Positions 10,377-20,617 of a stretch of 64,000 bases of DNA are shown one piece after another. The stretch spans positions 21,544 through 85,543 of the forward strand of contig JARKVC010000030.1 of NCBI GenBank assembly GCA_029851875.1. The letters are read 5' to 3'. The position numbers and the translations under genes were made by a program. Every line of letters begins with the position of its first letter. Position 1 is the stretch's first letter. The DNA comes from Actinomyces sp. Its GTDB lineage: Bacteria; Actinomycetota; Actinomycetes; Actinomycetales; Actinomycetaceae. Below the pieces are notes generated by a model, which was not told the origin of the DNA, searched no databases, and was given only the letters and a program-made list of their open reading frames with translations.

Positions 10377-11411
10377 CTAGAGCCAGAGCTCTGCCGCGCT
10401 GGCCCCAAGGTCGAAGCCCGACGCCGTCCACAACCTCTGCACGCGCCTGACCAGCCGCGTGGAGTCCCACAGCTCCTCCCACCCAAAGCGATCGATGGCC
10501 CAGCCCTCACGTGCCAGCCGCAGCTCACGCCTTTTCTCCTCACGGACGTCCTGCGCCTTGGTGAGCTTGCCCAGGCCGTCAAACTCCCAGCCTCGTCGCG
10601 CCTGCTCATAACCAAGATCGAGGAAGTACTCGTGTCCGTCGACCTCCACACGGCGCTGGCTGACGGGTGGCGGAAGCCCAGCCGCGCCAGATGCCCACCT
10701 CAGCACGCTCTCACCTGGTGACTCCGCAAGAGGATCGGCCAGCGCGACCGCCGCTCTTGCCCGACGGGCACCTCGCCGTCGTCCCTGACGAGCCACCATC
10801 TGCGCGAGCTCCTGGCGAGCCTCCTCCACGCTCATCTCGCCGAAGGCATAGCGGCTACGCCGCTCCGGCCGGCACACGACCCGCAGCGCAGAGTCAATGA
10901 CCGGCAGCGCCCACCGCACCGGAAGATCAAAGGCGCAGTCCAGCGCCGTGCGTAGGGGGCTCGTCACTCGCAGGCCATGGACTGTAACCACCTCTGCCTC
11001 GTCTGGACGGACAGCCGACCGATGCACTGACACGCCACGGCCCTCAACGACCTCCTGACCGGTCGCGTACCGCATCGGCGTCAGCACGAGCGGCCGGCGT
11101 GACAGGCCGGCCGGGACGCTGACCCTGATATCCGGCTCCTGAAACATCATCGACAGTCCCAGGACTGCGGCCGCCGCCTCGTGCGTGAGCACCGCCTGCT
11201 CAGGTGAGCGGCGAAGGGCGACGACGCAGCGAGCCAGAGTGACCAGCTGCTTCTTGCGCCACACCGGCGCCTCGGCCTCCACACGCTCCATCAAGGCGCC
11301 TCGCGCGATCCGCACGAAGCCGTCACCCGGGCCAGGTCGCAGCCCGGTGCCAGCCGCGGTCGTGACCACGAGCGGAAGATCAGGCGGCGTCGGAAAGGTC
11401 TGCACACTCAC
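10377..11411 (-). CDS. AbiEi-like N-terminal/DUF559 (Vsr-like PD-(D/E)XK) domain protein
   Basis: FVRIARG, VLTHEAAAAVLGL, GLRVTSPLRTALD, AESPGES, LDLGY..WEFDG and EKRRE..L..EGW...RFGWEEL motifs typical of actinobacterial AbiEi/DUF559 proteins. Start GTG 11411 (alternative ATG 11429); the ORF-track extension to 11690 runs through a repeat and a terminator. Confidence 0.75.
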   Translation of the reverse strand: MSVQTFPTPPDLPLVVTTAAGTGLRPGPGDGFVRIARGALMERVEAEAPVWRKKQLVTLARCVVALRRSPEQAVLTHEAAAAVLGLSMMFQEPDIRVSVPAGLSRRPLVLTPMRYATGQEVVEGRGVSVHRSAVRPDEAEVVTVHGLRVTSPLRTALDCAFDLPVRWALPVIDSALRVVCRPERRSRYAFGEMSVEEARQELAQMVARQGRRRGARRARAAVALADPLAESPGESVLRWASGAAGLPPPVSQRRVEVDGHEYFLDLGYEQARRGWEFDGLGKLTKAQDVREEKRRELRLAREGWAIDRFGWEELWDSTRLVRRVQRLWTASGFDLGASAAELWL

Positions 11412-11523
11412 ACCAGCAGGCTGCCCCATGCGCGCGGCGCCGGCGAGTCGGCCCCGCGAGCACGGTGGATAACTGTCCCGCAGACCTCGCCTGTGGAGCC
11501 CGAGCGCGCCCCCCCTGTCCCGA

Positions 11524-11593
11524 CGAGTGTGCAGGTGCGGGCGTGAGTGTGCACCTCCGGGCTGCACATTCGTCTGCGTACCTACACACTCGC
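11524..11593. repeat. Palindromic REP-like element, GAGTGTGCA family, copy 3
   Basis: CGAGTGTGCAGGTGCGGGCGTGAGTGTGCACCTCCGGGCTGCACATTCGTCTGCGTACCTACACACTCG; nearly identical to copy 2 and in the same orientation. Confidence 0.92.
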
Positions 11594-11597
11594 GCCG

Positions 11598-11655
11598 AAA
11601 AGAGAAAGACGAAGCCCTCGGACCGGACTGTGGGCCCGGCCCGAGGGCCTTCGTC
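11598..11655 (-). terminator. Rho-independent terminator
   Basis: Long stem GACGAAGGCCCTCGGGCCGG...CCGGTCCGAGGGCTTCGTC followed on the minus strand by TTTCTCTTTT. Confidence 0.8.
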
Positions 11656-11815
11656 AACAGGGAGGCTCGACCATACGGCAGACTTCCCAATCCCGCCAGG
11701 GAACCTCCCCTTCGCCAGAACGATGGCTCCAGGCTCCCTAGGACCTGGTGGCCGTCTCAGAAGCGAGGCCGGTCAGCGGGTTCCCCAACCCTCGCGACCC
11801 GTTCCGTCCGACGAT
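11598..11815 (-). ncRNA. Candidate structured small RNA (~215 nt), family unassigned
   Basis: Four consecutive stem-loops (11763-11795, 11717-11757, 11660-11709, 11608-11655). Several mismatches read as G-U pairs only on the minus strand. U-rich terminator, TTGCCC -35-like hexamer at 11846-11841, no credible ORF. Confidence 0.5.
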
Positions 11816-12078
11816 GCGCACTATTCAACTCATCCTGTCTGGGCAAACCCCCTACGCCAGGCTGTGAAAACCCTACGAATCCCGACCTGTCCCGCGCTCA
11901 GCTTGCGTTCAGCCTGCTGCCGTGACAAGGACCCGCCCCCCTGACAGCGCCGTCCCGCCAGGGGTGATCCCCTCGTCCAGGCCCTCAGACGTGATCCAGG
12001 TAACCGACCGGCCCGCGGCTCAGCCCCCGTCACGACGACGGCGAGGCACCACCGCGCAGCGGCGGCCGGAGAGCAAGA

Positions 12079-12109
12079 GCGGCCGGTCACCTTCTCGGTG
12101 ACCGGCCGC
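12079..12109 (-). terminator. Terminator hairpin downstream of bL37
   Basis: 13-bp perfect stem GCGGCCGGTCACC/GGTGACCGGCCGC with 5-nt loop. Confidence 0.7.
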
Positions 12110-12138
12110 CGCCGTCCTGGGTGCCGCAGCGCCCCGGC

Positions 12139-12213
12139 TCAGGCGTTGGGACGCTTGCCGTGGTTCGCGCTGGACTTCGCACGGGCACGACGCTTACGAC
12201 CGCGCTTGCTCAT
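12139..12213 (-). CDS. 50S ribosomal protein bL37 (24 aa)
   Basis: Manual translation MSKRGRKRRARAKSSANHGKRPNA, matching the actinobacterial bL37 pattern (KRGRK...ANHGKRPN); AGGAGG RBS; downstream of rsrA. Below the ORF-track size cutoff. Confidence 0.92.
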   Translation of the reverse strand: MSKRGRKRRARAKSSANHGKRPNA

Positions 12214-12383
12214 AGTGGCCTCCTCAAGTCTGGACTGCCCAACCGGGCACTAACCGCAGACCATCCTCGCACACGGCGCGATACCGCCACCACCGCAGCC
12301 CCCATGAGCCCGGTCACGCCTGCGGTCGCACGACGGCGGCCTCAGGCGCCCGCCGGGTGGCGGAGCCGGGCCTGGTCAGGCCA

Positions 12384-12740
12384 TCAGTCCTGGCTGAAGC
12401 GCACCGTGCGCTGATAGGTCGTCACGGTCCGGCCCTCGTGCGTCACCCGCTCATAGCGCGCCGTCGCCTGCATGACGGACAGGCGTCCCAGCACCCGGGC
12501 CCGCAGCTCGGCGGGCGCCTGCTCAGCGCAGCGCGAGCGCAGGATCTCGCGCAGGTGGACCTCGGCGTCAGCCACCCGCGAGCAGTGCTGGCAGGTGGCC
12601 ACGTGCTCAGCCAGGCGGCTGCTCAGGTCCCCGTCGCACTCGTGGTCGAGGAAGGCCTCCAGGTGGGCACGAGCCTCGGCGCAGGAGCACCCCGGCTCGC
12701 CCACGCCCTCAGAGGCACCCGGCCTCACAGCACTCGACAT
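12384..12740 (-). CDS. rsrA: Redox-sensing ZAS anti-sigma factor (RsrA/RshA)
   Basis: HxxxCxxC (HVATCQHC) plus N-terminal Cys; translationally coupled to the ECF sigma factor. Confidence 0.9.
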   Translation of the reverse strand: MSSAVRPGASEGVGEPGCSCAEARAHLEAFLDHECDGDLSSRLAEHVATCQHCSRVADAEVHLREILRSRCAEQAPAELRARVLGRLSVMQATARYERVTHEGRTVTTYQRTVRFSQD

Positions 12741-13477
12741 CAGCGCGCCCCCTCCGCGTCCGCGTCCTTGCCTGCCGCCTCGTCCCGCAGGTAGCCGAGC
12801 TCGCGGGCGTGGTCCGCCAGCAGCTCACGCAGCTGGCGCCGCCCACGGTGCAGGCGGGACATCACAGTTCCGATAGGAGTGTCCATGATCTCGGCAATCT
12901 CCTTGTACGAGAAGCCCTCCACGTCCGCGAGGTAGACGGCCAGGCGCCGGTCCTCGCTCAGCTCCTGGAGCGCTGCCTTGATGTCGTCGTCAGGCAGGTC
13001 ATCCAGTGCCAGGTTCTCGGCGCTGGGCAGTCCCACAGAGTCGTGCGAGGCGGCGCGGTGCAGCTGCCAGTCCTCCACGGCGTCGGCATCCGACTGCAGC
13101 GGCTCACGCTGCTTCTTGCGGTAGGAGTTGATGAAGGTGTTGGTCAGGATCCGGTAGAGCCACGCCTTGAGGTTGGTCCCCGGACGGTACTGGTGGAAGG
13201 CGGCGAAGGCCTTGGCGTAGGCGTCCTGGACCAGGTCCTCGGCATCGGCGCCGTTGCGGGTCATCCGCAAGGCCGCGCCGTAGAGCTGGTCCAGGTAGGG
13301 CAGCGCGTCCGCCTCGAACCGGGCGGCGCGCTCGGCCTCGGTCTCCGCGCTCGGAGCGCGGTCGATCTGCTCCCCCGGCTCGCCGTCAGGATCAATCAGC
13401 TCGTCCAGGTCGCGCTTGTCCGTCGACGCGGGCGCGTCATCCGCGCCGGCGGCCTCGGTAGTCTCGATCTCCCTCAT
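12740..13477 (-). CDS. sigR: ECF sigma factor SigR/SigH (alternative upstream start at 13558)
   Basis: [35 protein letters not shown] and [14 protein letters not shown] motifs. Confidence 0.93.
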   Translation of the reverse strand: MREIETTEAAGADDAPASTDKRDLDELIDPDGEPGEQIDRAPSAETEAERAARFEADALPYLDQLYGAALRMTRNGADAEDLVQDAYAKAFAAFHQYRPGTNLKAWLYRILTNTFINSYRKKQREPLQSDADAVEDWQLHRAASHDSVGLPSAENLALDDLPDDDIKAALQELSEDRRLAVYLADVEGFSYKEIAEIMDTPIGTVMSRLHRGRRQLRELLADHARELGYLRDEAAGKDADAEGAR

Positions 13478-13568
13478 CGCCCACGAGCCTAGCCCGCCGC
13501 CTGCCAGGACGCTGGCACGCGGCCACCCGGCGGGTGCGATCATGGTCGTGCTGCTCATCGCTGCCCAT

Positions 13569-13594
13569 AACGACGGCGGGGCTCGCCTTGTTCC
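13569..13594 (-). promoter_or_regulatory. SigR/SigH-type autoregulatory promoter
   Basis: Minus strand GGAAC-N17-CGTT, matching the GGAAY-N18-GTT SigR/SigH consensus, just upstream of in-frame ATG 13558. Confidence 0.75.
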
Positions 13595-13678
13595 CAGCTC
13601 CCACCTCCCGCCCTTCCCCGTGCCGGCACGACCCCGTGAAGGCTGGCACAGGCCGGCCAGGTGCGCGAGGATGGGCAC

Positions 13679-14167
13679 ATGGATCTTCTGCGTGCCTTCG
13701 CCCGCCCCATGCTCGCCGCCTCCTTCGTCATCGACGGCGTCGACGCCGTCGCGCGCCCGCAGCGTCACGTCGAGAAGCTGGAGAAGGTCATGCCGACCTT
13801 CGAGAAGGCCGGTCTGCCGCCGTTGCTGACCTCGGACGCCACGATGCTCACACGCGTGAGCGGCGCCGTCAGCGTCGTCGCCGGCCTCGGCCTGGCCACC
13901 GGCACCGCGCCGCGCTCCTGCGCCACGGTGCTCGCCGCCCTCAACCTTCCCCTCACCCTGGTCAACAATCCCGTGTGGACCGTGCAGGACAAGGCCCAGC
14001 GCAAGGAGACCCTGTCAGGGCTCATGCGCGGTGGCGCCGTCGGGGCCGGGCTGCTGCTGGCCGCCGTGGACCGCGAGGGCAGGCCCTCCCTGGCCTGGCG
14101 CCGGGCCAATGCCCGCGCCCAGCGCGAGGCCATGGAGGCTGCCTACCTCTCCGCCGCCCAGGCCTGA
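13679..14167 (+). CDS. DoxX family membrane protein
   Basis: [14 protein letters not shown]-terminus and [18 protein letters not shown]; divergent from sigR. Confidence 0.8.
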   Translation: MDLLRAFARPMLAASFVIDGVDAVARPQRHVEKLEKVMPTFEKAGLPPLLTSDATMLTRVSGAVSVVAGLGLATGTAPRSCATVLAALNLPLTLVNNPVWTVQDKAQRKETLSGLMRGGAVGAGLLLAAVDREGRPSLAWRRANARAQREAMEAAYLSAAQA

Positions 14168-14203
14168 GCGCCCCGGCACCCGCCCGGCTCCCGGCACCCG
14201 CCC

Positions 14204-14240
14204 GCGAGGGCCACCGGTTGACGCGACCGGCGGCCCTCGC
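14204..14240 (+). terminator. GC-rich hairpin after doxX
   Basis: GCGAGGGCCACCGGT/ACCGGCGGCCCTCGC imperfect stem followed by a pyrimidine run. Confidence 0.5.
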
Positions 14241-14338
14241 CTCCTCTCGCACGTGTCACGAACAGATGAACAACTAGGACTCAAGTCACACGCTAGGCTG
14301 ACGGCGAGCGACACGACAACCAGCCGTCAGGAGATGCC

Positions 14339-16570
<2,232 letters not shown>

Positions 16571-16589
16571 CCGACGCCAGAGCGCTAGC

Positions 16590-16722
16590 CGCTACCTCTC
16601 CACGCCTGTCGCTACCCGCCGGCGCCCACCGCTACCCCGTAGGTGGGCGCCACCGGGGGCGAGTGAGGCGGAGGGGTAGCGAGCCTGTGCCAGGGGGCAG
16701 CGACGGCGCGACACGAGTGGCG
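16590..16722. repeat. Phased inverted array, CGCTACC core, ~20-bp period
   Basis: CGCTACC at 16590, 16610 and 16630; inverted GGTAGCG at 16675 with degenerate copies at 16655, 16696 and 16716. Confidence 0.7.
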
Positions 16723-17052
16723 GGGGCGGCAGGCCTGCGTCAGCCGACACCCCTCATCACCCCAAACCTGGTCTCATCACCTGAACCAGCACCGAAGACG
16801 CACAAACACACCCTCATTTTGAGCCTCACGGACGTCGCACAGCCCGTCAACAGCCGCACCACCCTCGTCCGCCCGCGCCCTGCGGCCCGCTCCCCCGGAC
16901 AGCAGACCCCTCAAATCGGGACCTCTGTCCTTGTGGAAAAACGATGATGATGCACAAGGACTGAAGCATGTCGTTGATCTCCTTTTCTTGTGCAAGACCG
17001 TTTTAGGAGCCGCGATCCGGCAGCCTCCCCCGCTGCCTGCGACAATGCCCCT

Positions 17053-18747
17053 GTGAACGACCCTGCCAGCACTCCCGCCGACGCTCCGCCCAGGAAGGCC
17101 AGCGTGCCGGCTGACGCCGGCCTCGACGCCGCCGCGCTGACAGGCCCCGCTCCCGCTGCTCCCACCGGCCAGTCGGCTCCCCAGGCGGAACCCGCACCCG
17201 GTCCCTGGCCCGCGCCCGCTGCCCCAGGGCCGCTGGACGCCGTCGTGCCCCTGCCCGGCTCCAAGTCGCTCACGGCCCGCTCTCTCCTGCTCGCCGCCCT
17301 GGCCAGCGAGCCGACCACCCTCACCGGTGTCCTACGCTCGCGGGACACCGACCTCATGCGCGCCGCGCTGGAGACCTTCGGTGCCCGCTTCGAGCCCGTG
17401 GACGGCGGCGTCACGGCCCTGCGCGTGACCCCCGCGCCCCTGCCCCTGCACGTGAGCGCGCGCACCACCGCGCCGGGTCCGCCCGCCGGTCCTGAAGCCG
17501 TCTCGCCGTCCAGCGACCCCCTGGTGCCCGCCACGCGCATCGACTGCGGCCTGGCCGGCACGGTCATGCGCTTTGTCCCGCCGCTGGCAGCCCTGGCGGA
17601 CGCTCCTGTCCTCTTTGACGGCGACGACGGCGCCCGCCTGCGCCCTCTCGGCCCGCTCCTGGAGGCCCTGACCCAGCTGGGCGCGCACCTGACCTACCTC
17701 GGCGAGGAGGGCCGCCTGCCCGTCATCGTCACCCCCGCCAGGTACTGCCTGCAGACAGCCCAGCCAACAGCCACGCGCCCCTCGTCGCTGCCGGTGCACC
17801 CAGGCCAGGCCGACGGCAGCGACGACGACGCCCGCCCCACCCCGGTGAGCGTCGACGCCTGCGCCTCCTCCCAGTTCCTCTCCGCCCTCCTCCTGGCCGG
17901 TTCGCTCCTGCCCGGCGGCCTGAGCGTGACCCCCACCGGGGCGGTCCCCTCCCTGCCGCACGTGGCCATGACGGTCCGCTGCCTGCGTGAGCGCGGCCTC
18001 GCCGTCGTCGAGCCAGACCCTGCCGCCCCGGAAGGTGGGCGGACCTGGCTGGTACCGGCCGGCCGGCCCGCAGGAGGACAGGTCACCATCGAGCCGGACC
18101 TGTCGAACGCCGGCCCCTTCCTCGCTGCCGCCCTGGTGGCCGGGGGGCGCGTGCGCGTACCGGCCTGGCCGCCTGCCACCACCCAGGCCGGTGACGCCTG
18201 GCGCACCCTGCTGTCCCGCCTGGGAGGCCGGGTCCGCGCCGAGTCCCAGCCGGACGGCTCGCTCACGGTGTCGGCCCACGGCGACGGCAGGCTCAGCGGG
18301 ATCGATGCTGACCTGTCAGCCGTGGGAGAGCTCGCCCCCACCGTGGCGGCCCTCGCGCTGCTGGCCAGCGCCCAGGGCCACGCCAGCCGCCTGCGGGGCA
18401 TCGCGCACCTGCGTGGCCACGAGACCAACCGCCTGGAGGCGCTGGTGACCGAGATGAGGAGGGTCGGAGGCCGCGCTCGCCAGACCGAGGACGGCATCGA
18501 GGTCGAGGCGCTGCCTGCCGGTGCACGCCTGAACCCCGCCCACCTGCACGCCTACGCCGATCACCGCATGGCGACCTTCGCCGCGATCGTGGGCCTGGGG
18601 ATACCAGGAACCACACTGGATGACGTGGCCTGCACCTCCAAGACCCTGCCCGACTTCCCCGGCCTGTGGTCCTCCCTGCTGGCCACGGGAGCAGAGGCCA
18701 CACGCTCGCGCACCGGTTCTCCCACGCCCCCGAGAGGAGCGGCCTGA
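17053..18747 (+). CDS. aroA: EPSP synthase with low-complexity insertions
   Basis: LPGSKS, DCGLAGTVMRF, SSQFLSALL, LRGHETNRL, DHRMA and KTLPDF motifs. Confidence 0.95.
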   Translation: MNDPASTPADAPPRKASVPADAGLDAAALTGPAPAAPTGQSAPQAEPAPGPWPAPAAPGPLDAVVPLPGSKSLTARSLLLAALASEPTTLTGVLRSRDTDLMRAALETFGARFEPVDGGVTALRVTPAPLPLHVSARTTAPGPPAGPEAVSPSSDPLVPATRIDCGLAGTVMRFVPPLAALADAPVLFDGDDGARLRPLGPLLEALTQLGAHLTYLGEEGRLPVIVTPARYCLQTAQPTATRPSSLPVHPGQADGSDDDARPTPVSVDACASSQFLSALLLAGSLLPGGLSVTPTGAVPSLPHVAMTVRCLRERGLAVVEPDPAAPEGGRTWLVPAGRPAGGQVTIEPDLSNAGPFLAAALVAGGRVRVPAWPPATTQAGDAWRTLLSRLGGRVRAESQPDGSLTVSAHGDGRLSGIDADLSAVGELAPTVAALALLASAQGHASRLRGIAHLRGHETNRLEALVTEMRRVGGRARQTEDGIEVEALPAGARLNPAHLHAYADHRMATFAAIVGLGIPGTTLDDVACTSKTLPDFPGLWSSLLATGAEATRSRTGSPTPPRGAA

Positions 18748-19832
18748 TGGCTCGCCGTGACACCGGCACCGACGACCCTCGCGTGCGCGTGCGCCCCGGA
18801 AAGGGGTCGCGCCCACGCACCAAGCAGCGTCCCAGCCATGACGACGCCGTGCGCGGCATGGTCACGCGTATCGACCGCGGCCACTACCGCATCCGCCTTG
18901 CCGACCCCTCACTGACCGAGGACGGCTCGGGTGACATCACGGCGATGAAGGCCCGTGAGCTCGGCCGTGGCAAGGTCGTGGTCGGCGACGAGGTCGCGGT
19001 CGTCGGGGACGTCAGCGGCCGCAAGGACACCCTCGCCCGCATGGTGCGGGTCGAGGAGCGCTCCAGCCTGCTGCGCCGCAGCGCCGAGGACGGTGACGCG
19101 GCAGGGACGGAGAAACCGGTCGTGGCAAACGCCGAGGTGCTCGTCATCGTCACGGCTGTGGCCGATCCCGAGCCGCGACCGCGCATGATCGACCGCTACC
19201 TCGTGGCCGCCTACGACGCAGGCATGGAGCCGCTGCTCGTGCTCACCAAGTCCGACCTGGCCGACGCCGGCCCGCTCCTGGCCCTGTACGAGCCGCTGGG
19301 CCTGCGCGCTTTCCCGACCTACCTCGATCCCTCCAGCCGCGCCGAGGCCTCGCGTGCCGCCGGCGACGGCGTGGCCGCGGTACGCGAGGCGATCGCCGGG
19401 CGCACGGCGGTGTTCGTGGGGCACTCGGGAGTCGGCAAGTCCACCCTCATCAACGCCCTGGTCCCCGGCGCCGACCGCGTCACCGGCCACGTCAACGAGG
19501 TCACTGGACGGGGCCGCCACACCTCCACCAGCCTGCAGGCCCTGGAGCTCGCCGGCGGCGGGTGGGTGATCGACACCCCGGGTGTGCGCTCCTTCGGTGT
19601 CTCGCACGTCTCCAGCGCCGACGTCCTGCGCGGCTTCCCGGACCTGGCCGAGGTGGCCGCGCACTGCCCCCGCGGCTGCACCCACGCTGAGGAGGTGGTC
19701 GGCTGCGCCCTGGACACGTGGGCCGCAGCCGGACCTGACGGGCTGCGACGCGCCCGCCTGGAGTCCTTCCACCGGCTCCTCGGCCCTTCCCTGCAGGCTG
19801 AGGACCCGGTCCCCACCACGCACCGCCGCTGA
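18747..19832 (+). CDS. rsgA: Ribosome small subunit-dependent GTPase
   Basis: TKSD, GHSGVGKS, GRGRHTS, DTPG, CPRGCTH..C zinc finger; TGATG overlap with aroA. Confidence 0.95.
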   Translation: MARRDTGTDDPRVRVRPGKGSRPRTKQRPSHDDAVRGMVTRIDRGHYRIRLADPSLTEDGSGDITAMKARELGRGKVVVGDEVAVVGDVSGRKDTLARMVRVEERSSLLRRSAEDGDAAGTEKPVVANAEVLVIVTAVADPEPRPRMIDRYLVAAYDAGMEPLLVLTKSDLADAGPLLALYEPLGLRAFPTYLDPSSRAEASRAAGDGVAAVREAIAGRTAVFVGHSGVGKSTLINALVPGADRVTGHVNEVTGRGRHTSTSLQALELAGGGWVIDTPGVRSFGVSHVSSADVLRGFPDLAEVAAHCPRGCTHAEEVVGCALDTWAAAGPDGLRRARLESFHRLLGPSLQAEDPVPTTHRR

Positions 19833-19841
19833 AGGAGAGAC

Positions 19842-20495
19842 ATGCATCTTCGCCCCGCCACCCCGGCCGACCTGGACGCCGTCGCCACGCTGCTGACCTC
19901 GGTCTTCATCCAGGACCCGCTCATGAGCGCGATCGTGGCGCCCGCGCCCGATCCTCGCGCGGCACTGGACCACCTCCACCGCGTCGAGCTGGCCGACCAC
20001 TACCTGTCCCCGGACCCGGCTCGGCGCCTGGGCGCGCGCGTCGACCTCGCCGTCCAGGGCGAGGCAGGCAGCGAACGCGTCCTGGGCGCCATACTGTGGG
20101 ACCCGCCGGCTGACGGCGACCCGGCCGGGCCCCTGGGGCCCGGCGACGCCCTTCCTGAGGGACTGAACCTGGACCTGCTGGGGCAGGCCTGGGACCTGGT
20201 CCTGCTCGACGGCGCCCAGTGCGACGCCCAGCGCCCGCAGGAGCCGCACTGGTACGCCTACATGATCGCCGTCGCTCCTCAGGCTCGCGGCACCGGCACG
20301 GGCACGGCCCTGTTCCGCCACGGGCTGGAGCGGGTGGACGCTGACGGCCTGCCCGCCCACCTGGAGTCCACCACGCCTGCCTCCAGGCGTCTGTACCAGC
20401 GCCTGGGCTACCGCGAGGTGGCCGAGCTCTCCAGCGCGCCGCTGCCGACCTACTGGGCCATGACCCGTCCTGCCCAGGACGCTGCAGGACGGTGA
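19842..20495 (+). CDS. GNAT family N-acetyltransferase
   Basis: VAPQARGTGTG acetyl-CoA motif and AHLEST...LYQRLGY. Confidence 0.85.
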   Translation: MHLRPATPADLDAVATLLTSVFIQDPLMSAIVAPAPDPRAALDHLHRVELADHYLSPDPARRLGARVDLAVQGEAGSERVLGAILWDPPADGDPAGPLGPGDALPEGLNLDLLGQAWDLVLLDGAQCDAQRPQEPHWYAYMIAVAPQARGTGTGTALFRHGLERVDADGLPAHLESTTPASRRLYQRLGYREVAELSSAPLPTYWAMTRPAQDAAGR

Positions 20496-20617
20496 GTCCA
20501 GGCGGTCGGGGAGAGCAGGAGGACCAGCATGCCCGAGCCACGGGCAGGGCCAGCCCCTGCCAGCGCCCAAGGCCGCACGGGCGCTCTCTCCTCCGTCCAC
20601 GGGCGTAGGGTTTGCGC

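Noticed and set aside
10377-11411. Complete type IV toxin-antitoxin (AbiE) system
   Set aside because: No adjacent nucleotidyltransferase toxin gene.
9521-11593. Classical IS or MITE
   Set aside because: No DDE, HUH or recombinase motifs in the enclosed gene; the flanks are self-palindromic direct repeats; no target-site duplication recognised.
14172-14204. Short direct repeats (CCCGGCACCCGCCCG twice; also coding micro-repeats in modB, sbcC and the LysM gene)
   Set aside because: Consistent with simple slippage duplications; no further structure.
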